DNA of 64,000 nucleotides, from NCBI GenBank assembly GCA_963809485.1, contig CAWEJX010000007.1:64001-128000 (forward strand). Direction: 5' to 3'. Numbering within the stretch: position 1 is the first letter of the stretch; each line of letters begins with the position of its first letter. Source of the stretch: an uncultured Acidobacteriota bacterium (GTDB taxonomy: Bacteria; Acidobacteriota; UBA6911). A program made the position numbers and the translations under genes. The notes below the pieces were generated by a model. That model worked only from the letters and a program-made list of their open reading frames with translations. It did no database searches and had not been told where the DNA came from. Below are positions 18,818-29,732 of the stretch, piece after piece.

Positions 18818-19894
18818 TTACCAGCGGATGGTCACGTTGTACGAGCCACTATTGTCGCGGTAGTTGTCGTCGTTGACGCCTATCAGCAGCCGGCCGTATT
18901 CGTTCCGTTCTGTGTACGCGCGATTACGCGAACCGATGTACAGGGGCTCGGAGTCGCGCCCGTCACGGTAGCGAATCCTGGCAATGACCGCACCAACGCC
19001 CGCATCCTTGATCGGGTAGGTCGAGCTGCTGAGATTGGCGCTTCGGTTGCCGTTCGGGCCTGTGGAGCGCCCAACGCCGTATTCAATCTGACCTTCCACC
19101 GTAATCTCAACCATCATATTGGGTTCGAGGTCAATGCCCGTGTCGGTCCACGCCTGGTTGGCGTAAAGGGTGATGGTTTTTTCGCGGCCCTGCGCGGGAG
19201 TTGTTGAACGGCGGTTCCCATCGTCGTCCGAAAAGCCGCTATCGCGACTCACGGAGACATTGACGCGAAAAGCCCCGCGTGAATTCGCCATGCTCCCATG
19301 ATTGATCGTGAAATAGAGGACGCCGTCCCGGTCCGCCACAAATTCACTCGAACGGCCTACATAGATAGGGGACGAACCGAAGCCCTGCCCGATGGTGGCG
19401 ATCAGCGCGCCGTCGTTTTCGTTCGGCATGGGCGCATTCCGATCCCGTTGCCCGCGCAAACCGTCCGCACTCACCGTCGTGCGGCCGTCCAGAGTCACGG
19501 TTCCGCTGGCTTCCACCCGCACCTGCTGGCCTTCATAAACTTCAATCGGGGAACGAACCCACCGGCTTCCCAGATTAACATCGAAGCTTTCGGAAGTCTC
19601 CCATTGGCCCCGCCCCGAAAAGGTGGAAGCATCCCCTTCCCGCCGATATTCGGAGTCGCGCGGTCCCGGTTGGGCCGTGGAGCGGTCCAGAACCAGTCGC
19701 TCCACGCGTTCGGTCTTGAATTTGACCCGGTTGCCGTTGGTCAATTCAAAGATAAACTCGCCATTTTCATATCCAAGGAGAGTGCCTTTCCGCTCCCTAG
19801 CGTTTTTAAGATAAATCGTGTCGGCCAGGGCTGCGCCCGTCACGAACAATAGCAGTACAAGCGTGATCGCAGATTTTCGCATCATCCAATTCAT
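18818..19894 (-). CDS. Exported protein with two PA-IL/LecA-like beta domains
   Basis: Signal peptide ending ALA-DTIYLKN; two repeats of W..(T/S)...EI.(A/V).G...GA(L/V)IA.IG...YIG...G.L....N...(N/D).G.(F/Y).V. Confidence 0.6.
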   Translation of the reverse strand: MNWMMRKSAITLVLLLFVTGAALADTIYLKNARERKGTLLGYENGEFIFELTNGNRVKFKTERVERLVLDRSTAQPGPRDSEYRREGDASTFSGRGQWETSESFDVNLGSRWVRSPIEVYEGQQVRVEASGTVTLDGRTTVSADGLRGQRDRNAPMPNENDGALIATIGQGFGSSPIYVGRSSEFVADRDGVLYFTINHGSMANSRGAFRVNVSVSRDSGFSDDDGNRRSTTPAQGREKTITLYANQAWTDTGIDLEPNMMVEITVEGQIEYGVGRSTGPNGNRSANLSSSTYPIKDAGVGAVIARIRYRDGRDSEPLYIGSRNRAYTERNEYGRLLIGVNDDNYRDNSGSYNVTIRW

Positions 19895-20117
19895 CCGCCG
19901 CCTGAGACTTGATGGGTCTCAGGAACGAATGCCTCCGCAAAATAGTTCTCCTGCCTGATGAATCGACACATTGTCCAGCAAACCCCTGATTTTCTGAAGT
20001 ATAGCACAAGAACGGGATTATGCGGCCGAGCGCAGACCTCCCCCTAACCGACAAAATTTGAGCTCATTTTGCACCGGCAAGCTGTATGATATGAGAAATT
20101 GATTCCCGGAGGCATTC

Positions 20118-20540
20118 ATGGCTACAAAAACCGTATTGCTTGTTGACGACGACCAGGATTTGATCGACATCTATAAAACCATTCTCGAACACGCGGGCTT
20201 TACGGTCCTTACCGCGGCCAACAGCGCGCAAGCCTTGCCTATTGCGACCTCAAAACCAATCGATGTTGCTGTCCTGGATGTAATGATGGATACACCCACC
20301 GAGGGATTTGAACTTGCACGCGCAATGCGGCAGAATGAGAAGACCAGTCGTATCCCGCTCCTGATGCTGACCTCTGTCAACACTCACAATGAGGAGATAG
20401 GCTCTTTCGTGCGCTTCTCGGACCGCGACCGCGATCATACATGGCTGCCAGTGGATCGTTTTCTGGACAAGCCTATCAAGCCTGAGGATCTCGTCGCCAT
20501 CGTCCGTACGCTTTCCGGCGCGTGGTCCTTTTCCCGCTGA
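20118..20540 (+). CDS. Stand-alone response regulator receiver (hydrogenase-island subfamily)
   Basis: LLVDDD, LDVMM, MLTS, WLPVDRFLDKP; GGAGG RBS. Confidence 0.9.
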   Translation: MATKTVLLVDDDQDLIDIYKTILEHAGFTVLTAANSAQALPIATSKPIDVAVLDVMMDTPTEGFELARAMRQNEKTSRIPLLMLTSVNTHNEEIGSFVRFSDRDRDHTWLPVDRFLDKPIKPEDLVAIVRTLSGAWSFSR

Positions 20541-20875
20541 TCCGGGCAGAGGCGATAAATAAACTCGCAATACTCAAATCCTCTGCGAGAGTCACGGAGT
20601 TTGATAGTTCCAGGATTATTGAACGCCGATATACGCTGAATAAACGCTGCTCAATAATACAATGGTTGGCGTTCAAGCGCCGATGAAACTATCGCATCAC
20701 AGCATATCCGCGATGGCTACCCGTTTCAGCCTACGGGCCTGAGTCAATCATTCTGAAACCTGAAATCCCTGATCCTCAAACCAGTCCATTAATATTGCCT
20801 GAGCCGCAGCGATGAGAAAGCTGTGAAAGAAGCAGAGTAATTAACCAGCCTCCCCCATAAACTATTGATATAAAT

Positions 20876-21000
20876 AGTCAGGCACCTCCGGCAAAGCCCA
20901 AGGCTTGAATGATTGGAACCGCCCAAAGCGGTTGGAGGCGTTACGATGGTCTTGAACGCTGACTTACGCGGCAGAGCCGTGGGTTTATCAATGGAATTAA
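20876..21000. mobile_element. Internally deleted copy of the IS200-like miniature element
   Basis: 20876-20970 matches 16061-16155, then joins directly to gcagagccg.gg.ttta.caatg.aatta, which matches 16435-16463. Confidence 0.7.
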
Positions 21001-21009
21001 ATTTTTTTA

Positions 21010-21038
21010 TTGACAAATACTGTGAAATATTTCACAAT
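21010..21038 (+). promoter_or_regulatory. Sigma70 promoter overlapped by a Rex operator
   Basis: TTGACA (21010-15), 17-bp spacer, CACAAT (21033-38); palindrome CTGTGAAATATTTCACAA (21020-37) matches the Rex box TTGTGAA-N4-TTCACAA, directly upstream of rex. Confidence 0.85.
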
Positions 21039-21068
21039 GCGTATTGTTTCACAAAGGAATGATTCAAA

Positions 21069-21719
21069 GTGAAGGCAGTGCCGCATCGAACGGTTGGCAG
21101 GCTCACGCTTTACTGGCGGACGCTTAGGGATATTGCCCGCGGGGACCAAAGCCATATCTATTCCCATTTTCTCGCCTCCCGATGCGGCGTGACTGCCGCC
21201 CAGGTGAGACGTGACCTCATGGTACTCGGCTATACGGGAACCCCTGCCCGGGGCTATGATGTCCGCAAACTCAAGGATCATATTGAAGCCTTCCTTTTCC
21301 CGGCTGAGGAGCAAAAGGCCGTGCTGGCAGGCGTCGGCAATATCGGCCGCGCCCTGCTGAAGTTTTTCAGCGCACGGCGTCCCGCACTTCGCATTGCAGC
21401 CTCTTTTGAAACCAATCCCGATAAATTCAACCGCGTGATCCAGGGCTGCCCTTGCCATTCCATCGAGAAGGCCGAGGGCATCATCCGTGATCTGGGCGCT
21501 ACGGTTGGGATTATGGCCGTTCCGGACGAGGAAGCCCAATTCGTGGCTGATGTATTTGTAGCCTCAGGCATACGCGGGATTCTGAACTTCGCCCGTGCTC
21601 CGCTGAGCGTCCCGCCCGGTGTTTATGTCGAGGATATTGATTTAGCCATGTCCATGGACAAGGTAGCGTATTTCGCGCGCCAGTCCCTGAAGTCGGACAG
21701 ATCAAAGGCAGTTCATTAA
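21069..21719 (+). CDS. rex: Redox-sensing transcriptional repressor Rex
   Basis: VPHRTVGRLTLY, AQVRRDL...G..ARGYDV, GVGNIGRAL, GIRGILNFA. Confidence 0.93.
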   Translation: MKAVPHRTVGRLTLYWRTLRDIARGDQSHIYSHFLASRCGVTAAQVRRDLMVLGYTGTPARGYDVRKLKDHIEAFLFPAEEQKAVLAGVGNIGRALLKFFSARRPALRIAASFETNPDKFNRVIQGCPCHSIEKAEGIIRDLGATVGIMAVPDEEAQFVADVFVASGIRGILNFARAPLSVPPGVYVEDIDLAMSMDKVAYFARQSLKSDRSKAVH

Positions 21720-21731
21720 GGAGATCGATCT

Positions 21732-22205
21732 ATGAACGACGTGGATACCATTCTGCAGAAGCACCCGCGAGCCGGGCGCGATGCACTCATTCCTATTCTT
21801 CAGGAAGTTCAGGAGCAGCAGGGATTCATTTCGCGCGAGGCGGTCGTCCGCATCAGTAAGCACCTTAACCTGCCTGCCAGCAAGCTTTACGGGGTCGCGA
21901 CCTTTTATAACCAGTTCCGTTTTCACCCCAAAGGCAAATACCACATCATGGTCTGCCGCGGCACGGCCTGCCATGTCAAAGGGTCCAACAGGGTGCTGGA
22001 AATGGCGCAAAAACTGCTGAAGCTGAAACCGGGCCAGACGTCCAGGGACCGCCTTTTCAGCCTCGAGGTTGTTGCTTGCATGGGAGCTTGCGGCTTGTCT
22101 CCGGTTATGAACCTCAACGGAGAGTTCTACGCCAAAGTCACCCCTAAAAAAATCGTCAAAATCATACAGGAATGTAGGGAAACGGAGTCCAAAAATGGGC
22201 ACTAA
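21732..22205 (+). CDS. hydC: [FeFe]-hydrogenase NuoE-like [2Fe-2S] subunit (HydC/HndA)
   Basis: LIPILQEVQ, GVATFYNQF, CRGTACHVKG, ACMGACGLSP. Confidence 0.92.
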   Translation: MNDVDTILQKHPRAGRDALIPILQEVQEQQGFISREAVVRISKHLNLPASKLYGVATFYNQFRFHPKGKYHIMVCRGTACHVKGSNRVLEMAQKLLKLKPGQTSRDRLFSLEVVACMGACGLSPVMNLNGEFYAKVTPKKIVKIIQECRETESKNGH

Positions 22206-25200
22206 TTCAGAATACTCAAAAATGGACAATTCCGGCAAATGCTGGATCGATTTCCACGAGGTTTCCGACAGCCTGCTGGCCGATCTCAAAGCGGAGCCTT
22301 TTTTAAGCGCCCGGGCAAAGGGAGCAAAGGTAACAGCATCGGTACTGGCCGGTTTGAGGCGCGAGTCCGTCGAGCGCCCCGTGATTTTTGTGGGTGCAGG
22401 CACCTGCGGGCTGGGTGCGGGAGCTGCCAAAACAATCGCGGCCGTTAAAGACTTCCTCGCGCAGCATCAGCAAACCGCCGATGTCGTCGAGGTCGGCTGC
22501 AACGGAATGTGCTCGGACGAGCCCATCGTCGACATCCAGGTCCCCGGCCGGGCTCGCGTCAGTTTCGGCACGATCACCGGAGACAAAGTGCCTGGACTGC
22601 TCGAAGCCGTACTCCTGCAGAACCGCATCCCCGCAGAACTGGTTCTCGGTCAGTACCGCTCGACCTGCGCAAAACCGTGGGAGGGTGTCCCATCTTTGGA
22701 TGAGCACCCCTTTCTTGCGCACCAGGTCCGCGTGGTTCTGGCAACCAGCGGCATTATCGATCCGGGAAATATCTCCGAATACATTGCCCGAGGCGGTTAC
22801 AGTTCCATTGCCAAGGTTCTGAGGACCATGACCCCGGAGCAGGTCTGCGACCAGATTGAAGCCAGCGGGCTCCGGGGACGCGGCGGCGGCGGATTCCCTA
22901 CCGGCAAAAAATGGAAGTTCGCCCGGGCCGCTGTCTCGGATCAGAAATACCTGATCTGCAACGCGGACGAGGGGGATCCCGGAGCTTTCATGGACCGCGC
23001 CGTCTGCGAAAGCGATCCGCACCGGCTGCTGGAGGGCATGCTGATCGCGGCCTATGCCATCGGCGCCACCAAGGCCTACATTTATATCCGCGCCGAATAT
23101 CCGCTGGCGATCAAGCGCCTCAACGAAGCCTTTGAACAGGCCGAAGCCTGCGGCCTGATCGGCTACAACATTCTCAACAGCGGCGTCGATCTCTCAATCA
23201 AACTCAAAATGGGGGCGGGCGCTTTTGTGTGCGGGGAGGAGACCGCGCTCATCCACTCGATCGAGGGCAAGCGCGGCATGCCGCGCCCCCGGCCTCCTTT
23301 CCCGGCCGTTCAGGGGCTTTTCGGCAGGCCGACGGTCATCAACAATGTTGAGACCCTGGCCAACCTGCCCCTGATCATGGATCACGGCCCGGACTGGTAT
23401 GCCGCGATGGGAACCCAAGGCAGCAAAGGAACGAAGGTATTCGCTCTTTCCGGAATGGTGCGGCGGACGGGTCTGGTTGAAATTCCGATGGGGACCTCCC
23501 TGCGCGAAGTCGTCTTCAATATCGCCGGCGGAATCCCCAATAACAAGAAATGCAAAGCCGTACAGATCGGCGGTCCTTCGGGCGGGTGCGTGCCTGAGGA
23601 ACACATGGACATACGCACGGACTACGAAGAGCTCAAGCAGTTCGGCACCATCATGGGATCCGGCGGTCTGGTTGTGGTCGACGAGTCCACGTGCATGGTC
23701 GATTTTGCCAAGTTTTTCATGGAATTCATCCAGAACGAAAGCTGCGGCAAATGCATCCCATGCCGCGAGGGTACGCGCCGGATGCTCGAGATCCTCGAAG
23801 CGGTGACCCGCCCGCGCCGTAAAGAGGACGACCTCGACGCTTTACTGCGCGTCCAGGGGATCATGCACCTGCAGAAGCTTGGGGAAACCATACGCGCCAC
23901 AAGCCTGTGCGGCCTGGGCCAGTCTGCCCCCAATCCTGTGCTGAGCACGCTCAAATGGTTCCGCGACGAGTACGAGGCTCACATATTCGAGCGCCGCTGC
24001 CCGTCCGGTTCCTGTAAAGAGCTGGTGGGAGCTCCCTGCCAGAACGGGTGCCCGATCGGGACCGAAGTCTGGCGTTATGTCGCCCATATTTCGCGGGGAG
24101 AGTACGACGATGCATACCGCGTCATCCGCGAAGCCAATCCGTTCCCGTCCGCCTGCGCCCGTGTATGCCATCATCCCTGCGAACAGGTTTGCCGCGCCGG
24201 CGCAACCGGAGGCGAGCCGATCGCGATCCGGACGCTCAAGCGCTTTGTGGTCGACACGGTGACTCCGCCCGATAAACTCGCGGTCCTGATGACTCGCTCG
24301 GATGCAGCCCGTATCGCCGTAATCGGCGCCGGGCCGGCGGGCCTGACGGCCGCCAATTCCCTTTCAGTCCTCGGCTATAAGGTCACCCTGCTCGAACGTG
24401 AGGCACAGGCCGGAGGGATGCTTTTCGCCGGGATCCCAGAATACAGGCTTCCCCGGGAAGGGATCCGGAAGGAAATCGCGGCTCTGATGAATCCCAACAT
24501 CGACGCGAAGTTCGGGCAAGCCCTGGGCCGCGACTTCACGATCGACAAGCTGTTAGAGGATGGCTATAAAGCCGTATTCATCGCCACAGGATCGCACCTC
24601 AGCAAGAAACTCGACCTGCCCGGGCGAAGACGTACCCGGGATCCTGCCCGGCATCGAGTTCCTCAAGGCATATAACCTGCACGGCAAATCTCTCGCGCGC
24701 GGGCACGTGGGGATCGTTGGCGGCGGCAACTCGGCCATGGATGCGGCCCGTGTGGCGATCCGCCAGCAGGGTGTGGAAAGCGTCACCGTATTTTACCGCC
24801 GCACGCGGGACAACATGCCCGCCTACAGGGAGGAGGTCGAAGCCGGGCTGGCTGAAGGCGTTATCCTGGAAACGCTGGTCACGCCCGTGGCCGTTCTCAG
24901 CAAGGACGGCCATCTGATCGGCATTCGCTCCCTTCGCAACGAACTGGGCGCCCGGGATTCCTCGGGCCGCCGCAGGCCCGTACCCATCAAAGGCTCCGAA
25001 TTCGACACAGCCCTGGACACGCTGATCGTGGCTATCAGCGAGGAACCCGAATCCGCCGGCCTGGAAGAGATCGGACGGACAAAATGGGGCACGATTGCGA
25101 TCAATTCCGAGTCGTTTATTACCGATCGGCCCGGCGTTTTCGCCGGCGGCGACGTGGTGACCGGCCCGAGCACCGTGATCGCCGCAATCGCCGTAGGCAA

Positions 25201-25468
25201 GCAGGCAGCAACGATGATCGACCGCTACGTTTCCGGCAAGCTTATGAAGGTACTGCCCAAGGTCAAGCTCCCTTCCGTCTATGTGGAACCGTATATGGAT
25301 GTGGACGAGGAAACCGGTGAAGTCTTCCGGCTGGAGGTGCCGTTACTCCCTGTGATAGAGAGGAAGAAATGTTTCGCCGAAGTGGAGTTGTGCCCCACCG
25401 AGCAGCAGGCCCTCGCAGAAGCGCGGCGATGCGCGCGCTGCGATCTGGACTTCACACAAGTGCAGTGA
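22195..25468 (+). CDS. hydB: NuoF-like flavoprotein HydB fused to a GltD/NfnB-like FAD/NAD(P) module; one extra base near 24622
   Basis: Thioredoxin-like N-domain (TCG...GCNGMC), GRGGGGFPTG, NADEGDPGAFMDR, GEETAL, GGPSGG, ESCGKCIPCREG; then APCQNGCP...CARVCHHPCEQVCR and IGAGPAG; after the frameshift PGEDVPGI...VGGGNSAMDAAR...YRRTR...FAGGDVVTGP...EARRCARCD. Confidence 0.88.
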
Positions 25469-25497
25469 CCGTATCGACACATGGATTGAGGTGACAC

Positions 25498-27213
25498 ATG
25501 ATAGAAATGCAAGTGGATGGCAGGATGATTGAAGCCCGGGAAGGCGAGACGATCCTCTCGGCCTTGAAACGGGAAGGAGTTCATGTCCCGACGCTGTGCA
25601 GCATGGAAGGGCTTCTGCCGAGCGGCGCATGCCGGATGTGCATAGTGGAAATGGAGGGGCCGGGCAACTTTGTCCCCGCATGCTCCTTTCCGGTCGCCCC
25701 GGGGATGAAGATTCTGACACGGTCGCCGAAAGTGCTGGACGCCCGCAGGACGATCGTGGAATTGCTTCTCAGCAATCACCCGGATGACTGCCTGTACTGC
25801 TCCCGGAGCGGGAAATGCGACCTGCAGAAGCTCTCCCAGGACATGGGCATCCGCGAGCGTCTGTACCGCGGCAAGCGGAATGAAAGGGAGAAGGACGTAT
25901 CCGGACCCATTATCCGGGATCCCGATAAATGCATCCTGTGCGGCCGCTGCGTACGCATTTGCGAAGAAGTCCAGGCCGTCGGCGCCATCGATTTTGTCGG
26001 CCGCGGCTCCAAGGCGTACATCGGCACCGCATTCGACCAGGGATTGAATATATCGACGTGCATCAACTGCGGGCAGTGCATCGTAGCTTGCCCGACAGGC
26101 GCCCTCAGCGAGCGCTCGTACCTGGAGCCCGTTATTGCGGCTCTTGCGGATCCCGAAAAGCTGGTCGTTGTCCAGCACGCGCCCTCCGTCTCCGTCTCTC
26201 TGGCGGAGGAATTCGGAATGGAGCCCGGCCAGGATGTCGACGGAAAAATGGTAGCCGCCCTCAGGCGGGTGGGATTCCACCGGGTTTTCGACACGTCTTT
26301 CGCCGCGGATCTGACCATCATGGAGGAAGCTTCCGAGCTGGCTCAACGGATTCAGCAGGGAGGCAGGCTGCCGATGTTTACCAGCTGTTCCCCGGGCTGG
26401 ATCAAGTTCGTAGAGCAGTTTTATCCCGAATTCATCCCCAACCTCTCAACCTGCAAAAGCCCTCAGCAAATGCTGGGAGCCGTCATAAAGAGCTATTTCG
26501 CCAGCCGCGAGTCGATCGACCCGTCCCGCATCATCAGCGTTTCCATCATGCCCTGCACTGCCAAAAAGTTTGAGAGCGGCAGGCCTGAAATGGCGCCGGA
26601 GCATATCCCGGATGTGGATTATGTGCTCACGACCCGCGAATTGGGACAGCTGCTGCGCATGTGCGGCGTTGATCTGCCGGCGGTTGAGCCGCAGACCGCC
26701 GACACGCCTTTCGGCGAGCGTTCCACCGCCGGCAAAATCTTCGGTGCCAGCGGCGGAGTTATGGAAGCCGCCATCCGCACGGCACATTTTCTCCTGACAG
26801 GCCAGGAGCTGGCCAAACTCGAAATGCAACCGATTCGGGGCCTGAAAGGAGCCAAGGAAATCCGCGTAAAAATCGGTGACCTGGAAGTCGGAGCCGCCGT
26901 CGCCAGCGGTCTGGGCAACGCCCGCAAACTGCTGGATCAGATCCGGGCGGGCCGGAAAGACCTGCACTTTGTCGAAATAATGACCTGTCCCGGCGGATGC
27001 ATCAACGGAGGAGGCCAGCCGATCGGCGCCGATCCCAATGCGGTCCGCGCCCGAATGCAGGCGCTGTACAAAATCGACCAGACCGAAAAAGTCAGGGTCA
27101 GCCACAGGAATCCCTATATTACCCGGCTTTACGAGGAGTTCCTGGGCAAGCCGCTGGGCGAGAAGAGCCATCACCTTCTTCATACTCACTACACCTCCAG
27201 GGAAGTCCTATAA
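25498..27213 (+). CDS. hydA: [FeFe]-hydrogenase catalytic subunit, group A3-type (HydA/HndD)
   Basis: [2Fe-2S] (PTLC...GACRMC), His-ligated cluster HPDDCLYC, two [4Fe-4S] motifs; H-cluster motifs TSCSPGW, MPCTAKKFE, EIMTCPGGCINGGGQP. Confidence 0.96.
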   Translation: MIEMQVDGRMIEAREGETILSALKREGVHVPTLCSMEGLLPSGACRMCIVEMEGPGNFVPACSFPVAPGMKILTRSPKVLDARRTIVELLLSNHPDDCLYCSRSGKCDLQKLSQDMGIRERLYRGKRNEREKDVSGPIIRDPDKCILCGRCVRICEEVQAVGAIDFVGRGSKAYIGTAFDQGLNISTCINCGQCIVACPTGALSERSYLEPVIAALADPEKLVVVQHAPSVSVSLAEEFGMEPGQDVDGKMVAALRRVGFHRVFDTSFAADLTIMEEASELAQRIQQGGRLPMFTSCSPGWIKFVEQFYPEFIPNLSTCKSPQQMLGAVIKSYFASRESIDPSRIISVSIMPCTAKKFESGRPEMAPEHIPDVDYVLTTRELGQLLRMCGVDLPAVEPQTADTPFGERSTAGKIFGASGGVMEAAIRTAHFLLTGQELAKLEMQPIRGLKGAKEIRVKIGDLEVGAAVASGLGNARKLLDQIRAGRKDLHFVEIMTCPGGCINGGGQPIGADPNAVRARMQALYKIDQTEKVRVSHRNPYITRLYEEFLGKPLGEKSHHLLHTHYTSREVL

Positions 27214-27701
27214 TGGATGCGGGCGGCTTCCGGGAGCCGCTTGTATCACCCCGGGGAGTGAAACAGGCAAGGGAGATTACGAGAGTGAAAAAGAAAATAC
27301 TGGCAGTGGACGACGATGTGGATCTTCTCGAACAGATGACGGCCGTGCTGGCTGCAGAGGGCTACGACGTGACCACGGCCGAAGGGCAGTCGGCCGGCGA
27401 GGAAGCCTTGCTCCGGATGAAGCCTGATCTTGCCATCCTGGATCTTATGATGGAAGAGAAGGATTCCGGCTTTGTGCTCAGCTACCAGATCAAAAAGCTT
27501 TACCCGGCTACTCCGGTAATTTTGCTGACTGCCGTCGCCGGGGCGACGGGATTAAGCTTCAGCACTCAGCATCCGGAAGAGCAGTCCTGGATCAAGGTGG
27601 ATAAAATTCTGGACAAACCCGTTCGGCCGGAGCAGCTCAAGTCCGAGGTTCGCCGCCTTCTCGGAGAAGCGCCGGAAGGCAAAGCGGGCGGTCACTCTTA
27701 A
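27213..27701 (+). CDS. Stand-alone response regulator receiver
   Basis: ILAVDDD, LDLMMEEKDSGF, LLTA, WIKVDKILDKP; start at ATG 27213 (TAATG coupling with hydA) or GTG 27285. Confidence 0.88.
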   Translation: MDAGGFREPLVSPRGVKQAREITRVKKKILAVDDDVDLLEQMTAVLAAEGYDVTTAEGQSAGEEALLRMKPDLAILDLMMEEKDSGFVLSYQIKKLYPATPVILLTAVAGATGLSFSTQHPEEQSWIKVDKILDKPVRPEQLKSEVRRLLGEAPEGKAGGHS

Positions 27702-27719
27702 GCGCTATATAGGACAACC

Positions 27720-29717
27720 ATGCAAGGTGCATGCTTCGTACAGACAATAAAAGAACGGTGCCGCGTCTGTTATACCTGCGTTCGGGAATGCCCGGCCAAA
27801 GCTATTGGAATTTCCGACGGCCAGGCCCGAGTCATCCCGGAACGCTGCATAGGCTGCGGCAACTGCGCGCGCGTCTGCAGCCAGGGCGCCAAAAAAGTCC
27901 TGGACGGCACCTGCGAGGTTACGCGCCTACTCCAGGAATCCGCAAAAGTGGCCGCCATCATCGCGCCGAGCTTTGCGGCCGAGTTTGAAGAGTGCGGGTA
28001 CGAAAAGGTCGTCGGGATGCTGCGCGCCTTGGGATTTGCCTACGTCCACGAAGTCGGTTTCGGCGCCGACCTGGTCGCCCGGCGCTACCGAGAGCTTCTG
28101 GAAAAAGACACCGAAGCCAATTACATTGCCACAACCTGCCCGGCCTTGGTCGGGTACGTGGAGCGCTATTATCCGGATCTGGTACCCCGGCTGTCACCGA
28201 TTGTATCCCCCATGGTTGCCATGGCGCGTGTCCTGAGGCGTCTCTACGGACCGGACATTCCGGTCGTTTTCATTGGTCCGTGCATCGCGAAAAAGGGAGA
28301 GGCCGCCAGCGAGGCGCTGGAAGGCGAGGTCGCAGCCGTGCTTACCTTCGCCGAACTCCGGCAGATGCTGTCGCAAGCCTCCATTGAACACGAAAAAGCC
28401 GAACCCGGGGACTTTGATCCCCCGTGGAGCGGCCCCGGCGGGCTGTTCCCGATCAGCCGCGGACTGCTCCAGGCTGCCGGCATCAAGGAGGACCTGATGG
28501 ACGGCCAGGTGATGGCAACCGATGGCCGCACCAACTTTGTCGAAGCGATCCAGGCCGTCGCTTCAAACAGCCTGGATGTGCGCCTGCTGGAGGTCCTGTG
28601 CTGCAACGGCTGCGTCATGGGTGCCGGCATGACCACCAGCTCAAATCTCTTTCAGCGCCGCAGCCTGGTGGGCCGCTATGTCCAGCAGCACTGGTCGGAA
28701 TTTCGTAAAGAACAATGGGAACACGACATGGCCAGGTATTCCGACGTGGACCTCGAGCGGAACTTCCGCGCCTACGACCAGCGCGTTGCCCAGCCTTCCC
28801 GCGCCGAAATCACCGCCATTCTTGCCCGGATGGGCAAATTGAAGCCGGAGGACGAACTGAACTGCGGCGCCTGCGGCTACGATTCCTGCGTACAGCACGC
28901 CATCGCAATCCATCGTCACCTGGCAGAGACGGAAATGTGCCTGCCCTACACAATCGAAAAGCTGCGCGACACCGTCAAAGAACTTGCGGTCTCGCACGAG
29001 CAGCTCGTCAGCACCCAGGAGGCCCTCATGCATTCGGAGCGGCTCGCGAGCATGGGGCAATTGGCCGCAGGCGTAGCCCACGAGGTCAACAATCCCCTCG
29101 GCATCGTCCTGATGCATTCCTACATGCTGCTCGAGCAGGCAAATAAATTCCCGGAATGGAAAGAGGACCTCGACATGATCGTCGAGCAGGCCGACCGGTG
29201 CAAAAAGATCGTCATGCGCCTTCTGCATTTCGCCCGGCAAAACAAGGCCGTCTTCCGGAATGTGGACCTCTACAAACTGGTTCAGCACACGGTCAAGACC
29301 TACCCGTTCCCCTCCAGGGTTTCGGCGCGCGTGGAGACGACCTCCGGCGATCCGCATGTCGACCTGGACCCGGACCAGATCAACCAGGTTTTCACGAACC
29401 TCTTCAGCAACGCCTGCGATGCGATGCCGGACGGCGGCGAGCTCATAGTTGCCGTCGGAGGCAACACGGACCAGGTTTGGTTTTCAGTCAAAGATACGGG
29501 TACGGGTATTTCCAAGGAAAGCCTTGGAAAGATCTTTGAACCATTCTTCACCACAAAACAGATAGGCAAAGGGACCGGCCTTGGACTTGCGGTCAGCTAC
29601 GGCATTGTCAAGATGCACCGCGGCCAGATTTCCGCCGTGTCCAACAAAGATCCAGCTGCAGGGCCGACAGGAACCACTTTCACGGTCAAGCTTCCCCGGA
29701 AAGCTCCTGACGAATAG
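27720..29717 (+). CDS. hydS: Sensory [FeFe] hydrogenase (group C, HydS-like) fused to a histidine kinase
   Basis: Two [4Fe-4S] ([23 protein letters not shown]), divergent H-cluster motifs ATTCPA / GPCIAKKGE / [11 protein letters not shown], FeS domain [10 protein letters not shown]...CLPY, then HEVNNPL, NLFSNA, DTGTG, FFTTK, GTGLGL. Confidence 0.9.
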   Translation: MQGACFVQTIKERCRVCYTCVRECPAKAIGISDGQARVIPERCIGCGNCARVCSQGAKKVLDGTCEVTRLLQESAKVAAIIAPSFAAEFEECGYEKVVGMLRALGFAYVHEVGFGADLVARRYRELLEKDTEANYIATTCPALVGYVERYYPDLVPRLSPIVSPMVAMARVLRRLYGPDIPVVFIGPCIAKKGEAASEALEGEVAAVLTFAELRQMLSQASIEHEKAEPGDFDPPWSGPGGLFPISRGLLQAAGIKEDLMDGQVMATDGRTNFVEAIQAVASNSLDVRLLEVLCCNGCVMGAGMTTSSNLFQRRSLVGRYVQQHWSEFRKEQWEHDMARYSDVDLERNFRAYDQRVAQPSRAEITAILARMGKLKPEDELNCGACGYDSCVQHAIAIHRHLAETEMCLPYTIEKLRDTVKELAVSHEQLVSTQEALMHSERLASMGQLAAGVAHEVNNPLGIVLMHSYMLLEQANKFPEWKEDLDMIVEQADRCKKIVMRLLHFARQNKAVFRNVDLYKLVQHTVKTYPFPSRVSARVETTSGDPHVDLDPDQINQVFTNLFSNACDAMPDGGELIVAVGGNTDQVWFSVKDTGTGISKESLGKIFEPFFTTKQIGKGTGLGLAVSYGIVKMHRGQISAVSNKDPAAGPTGTTFTVKLPRKAPDE

Positions 29718-29732
29718 AACGGACATACATAA

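Noticed and set aside
24600-24640. Programmed ribosomal frameshift in hydB
   Set aside because: No slippery heptamer; a single extra G in a G-run explains it, and similar indels occur elsewhere in the window.
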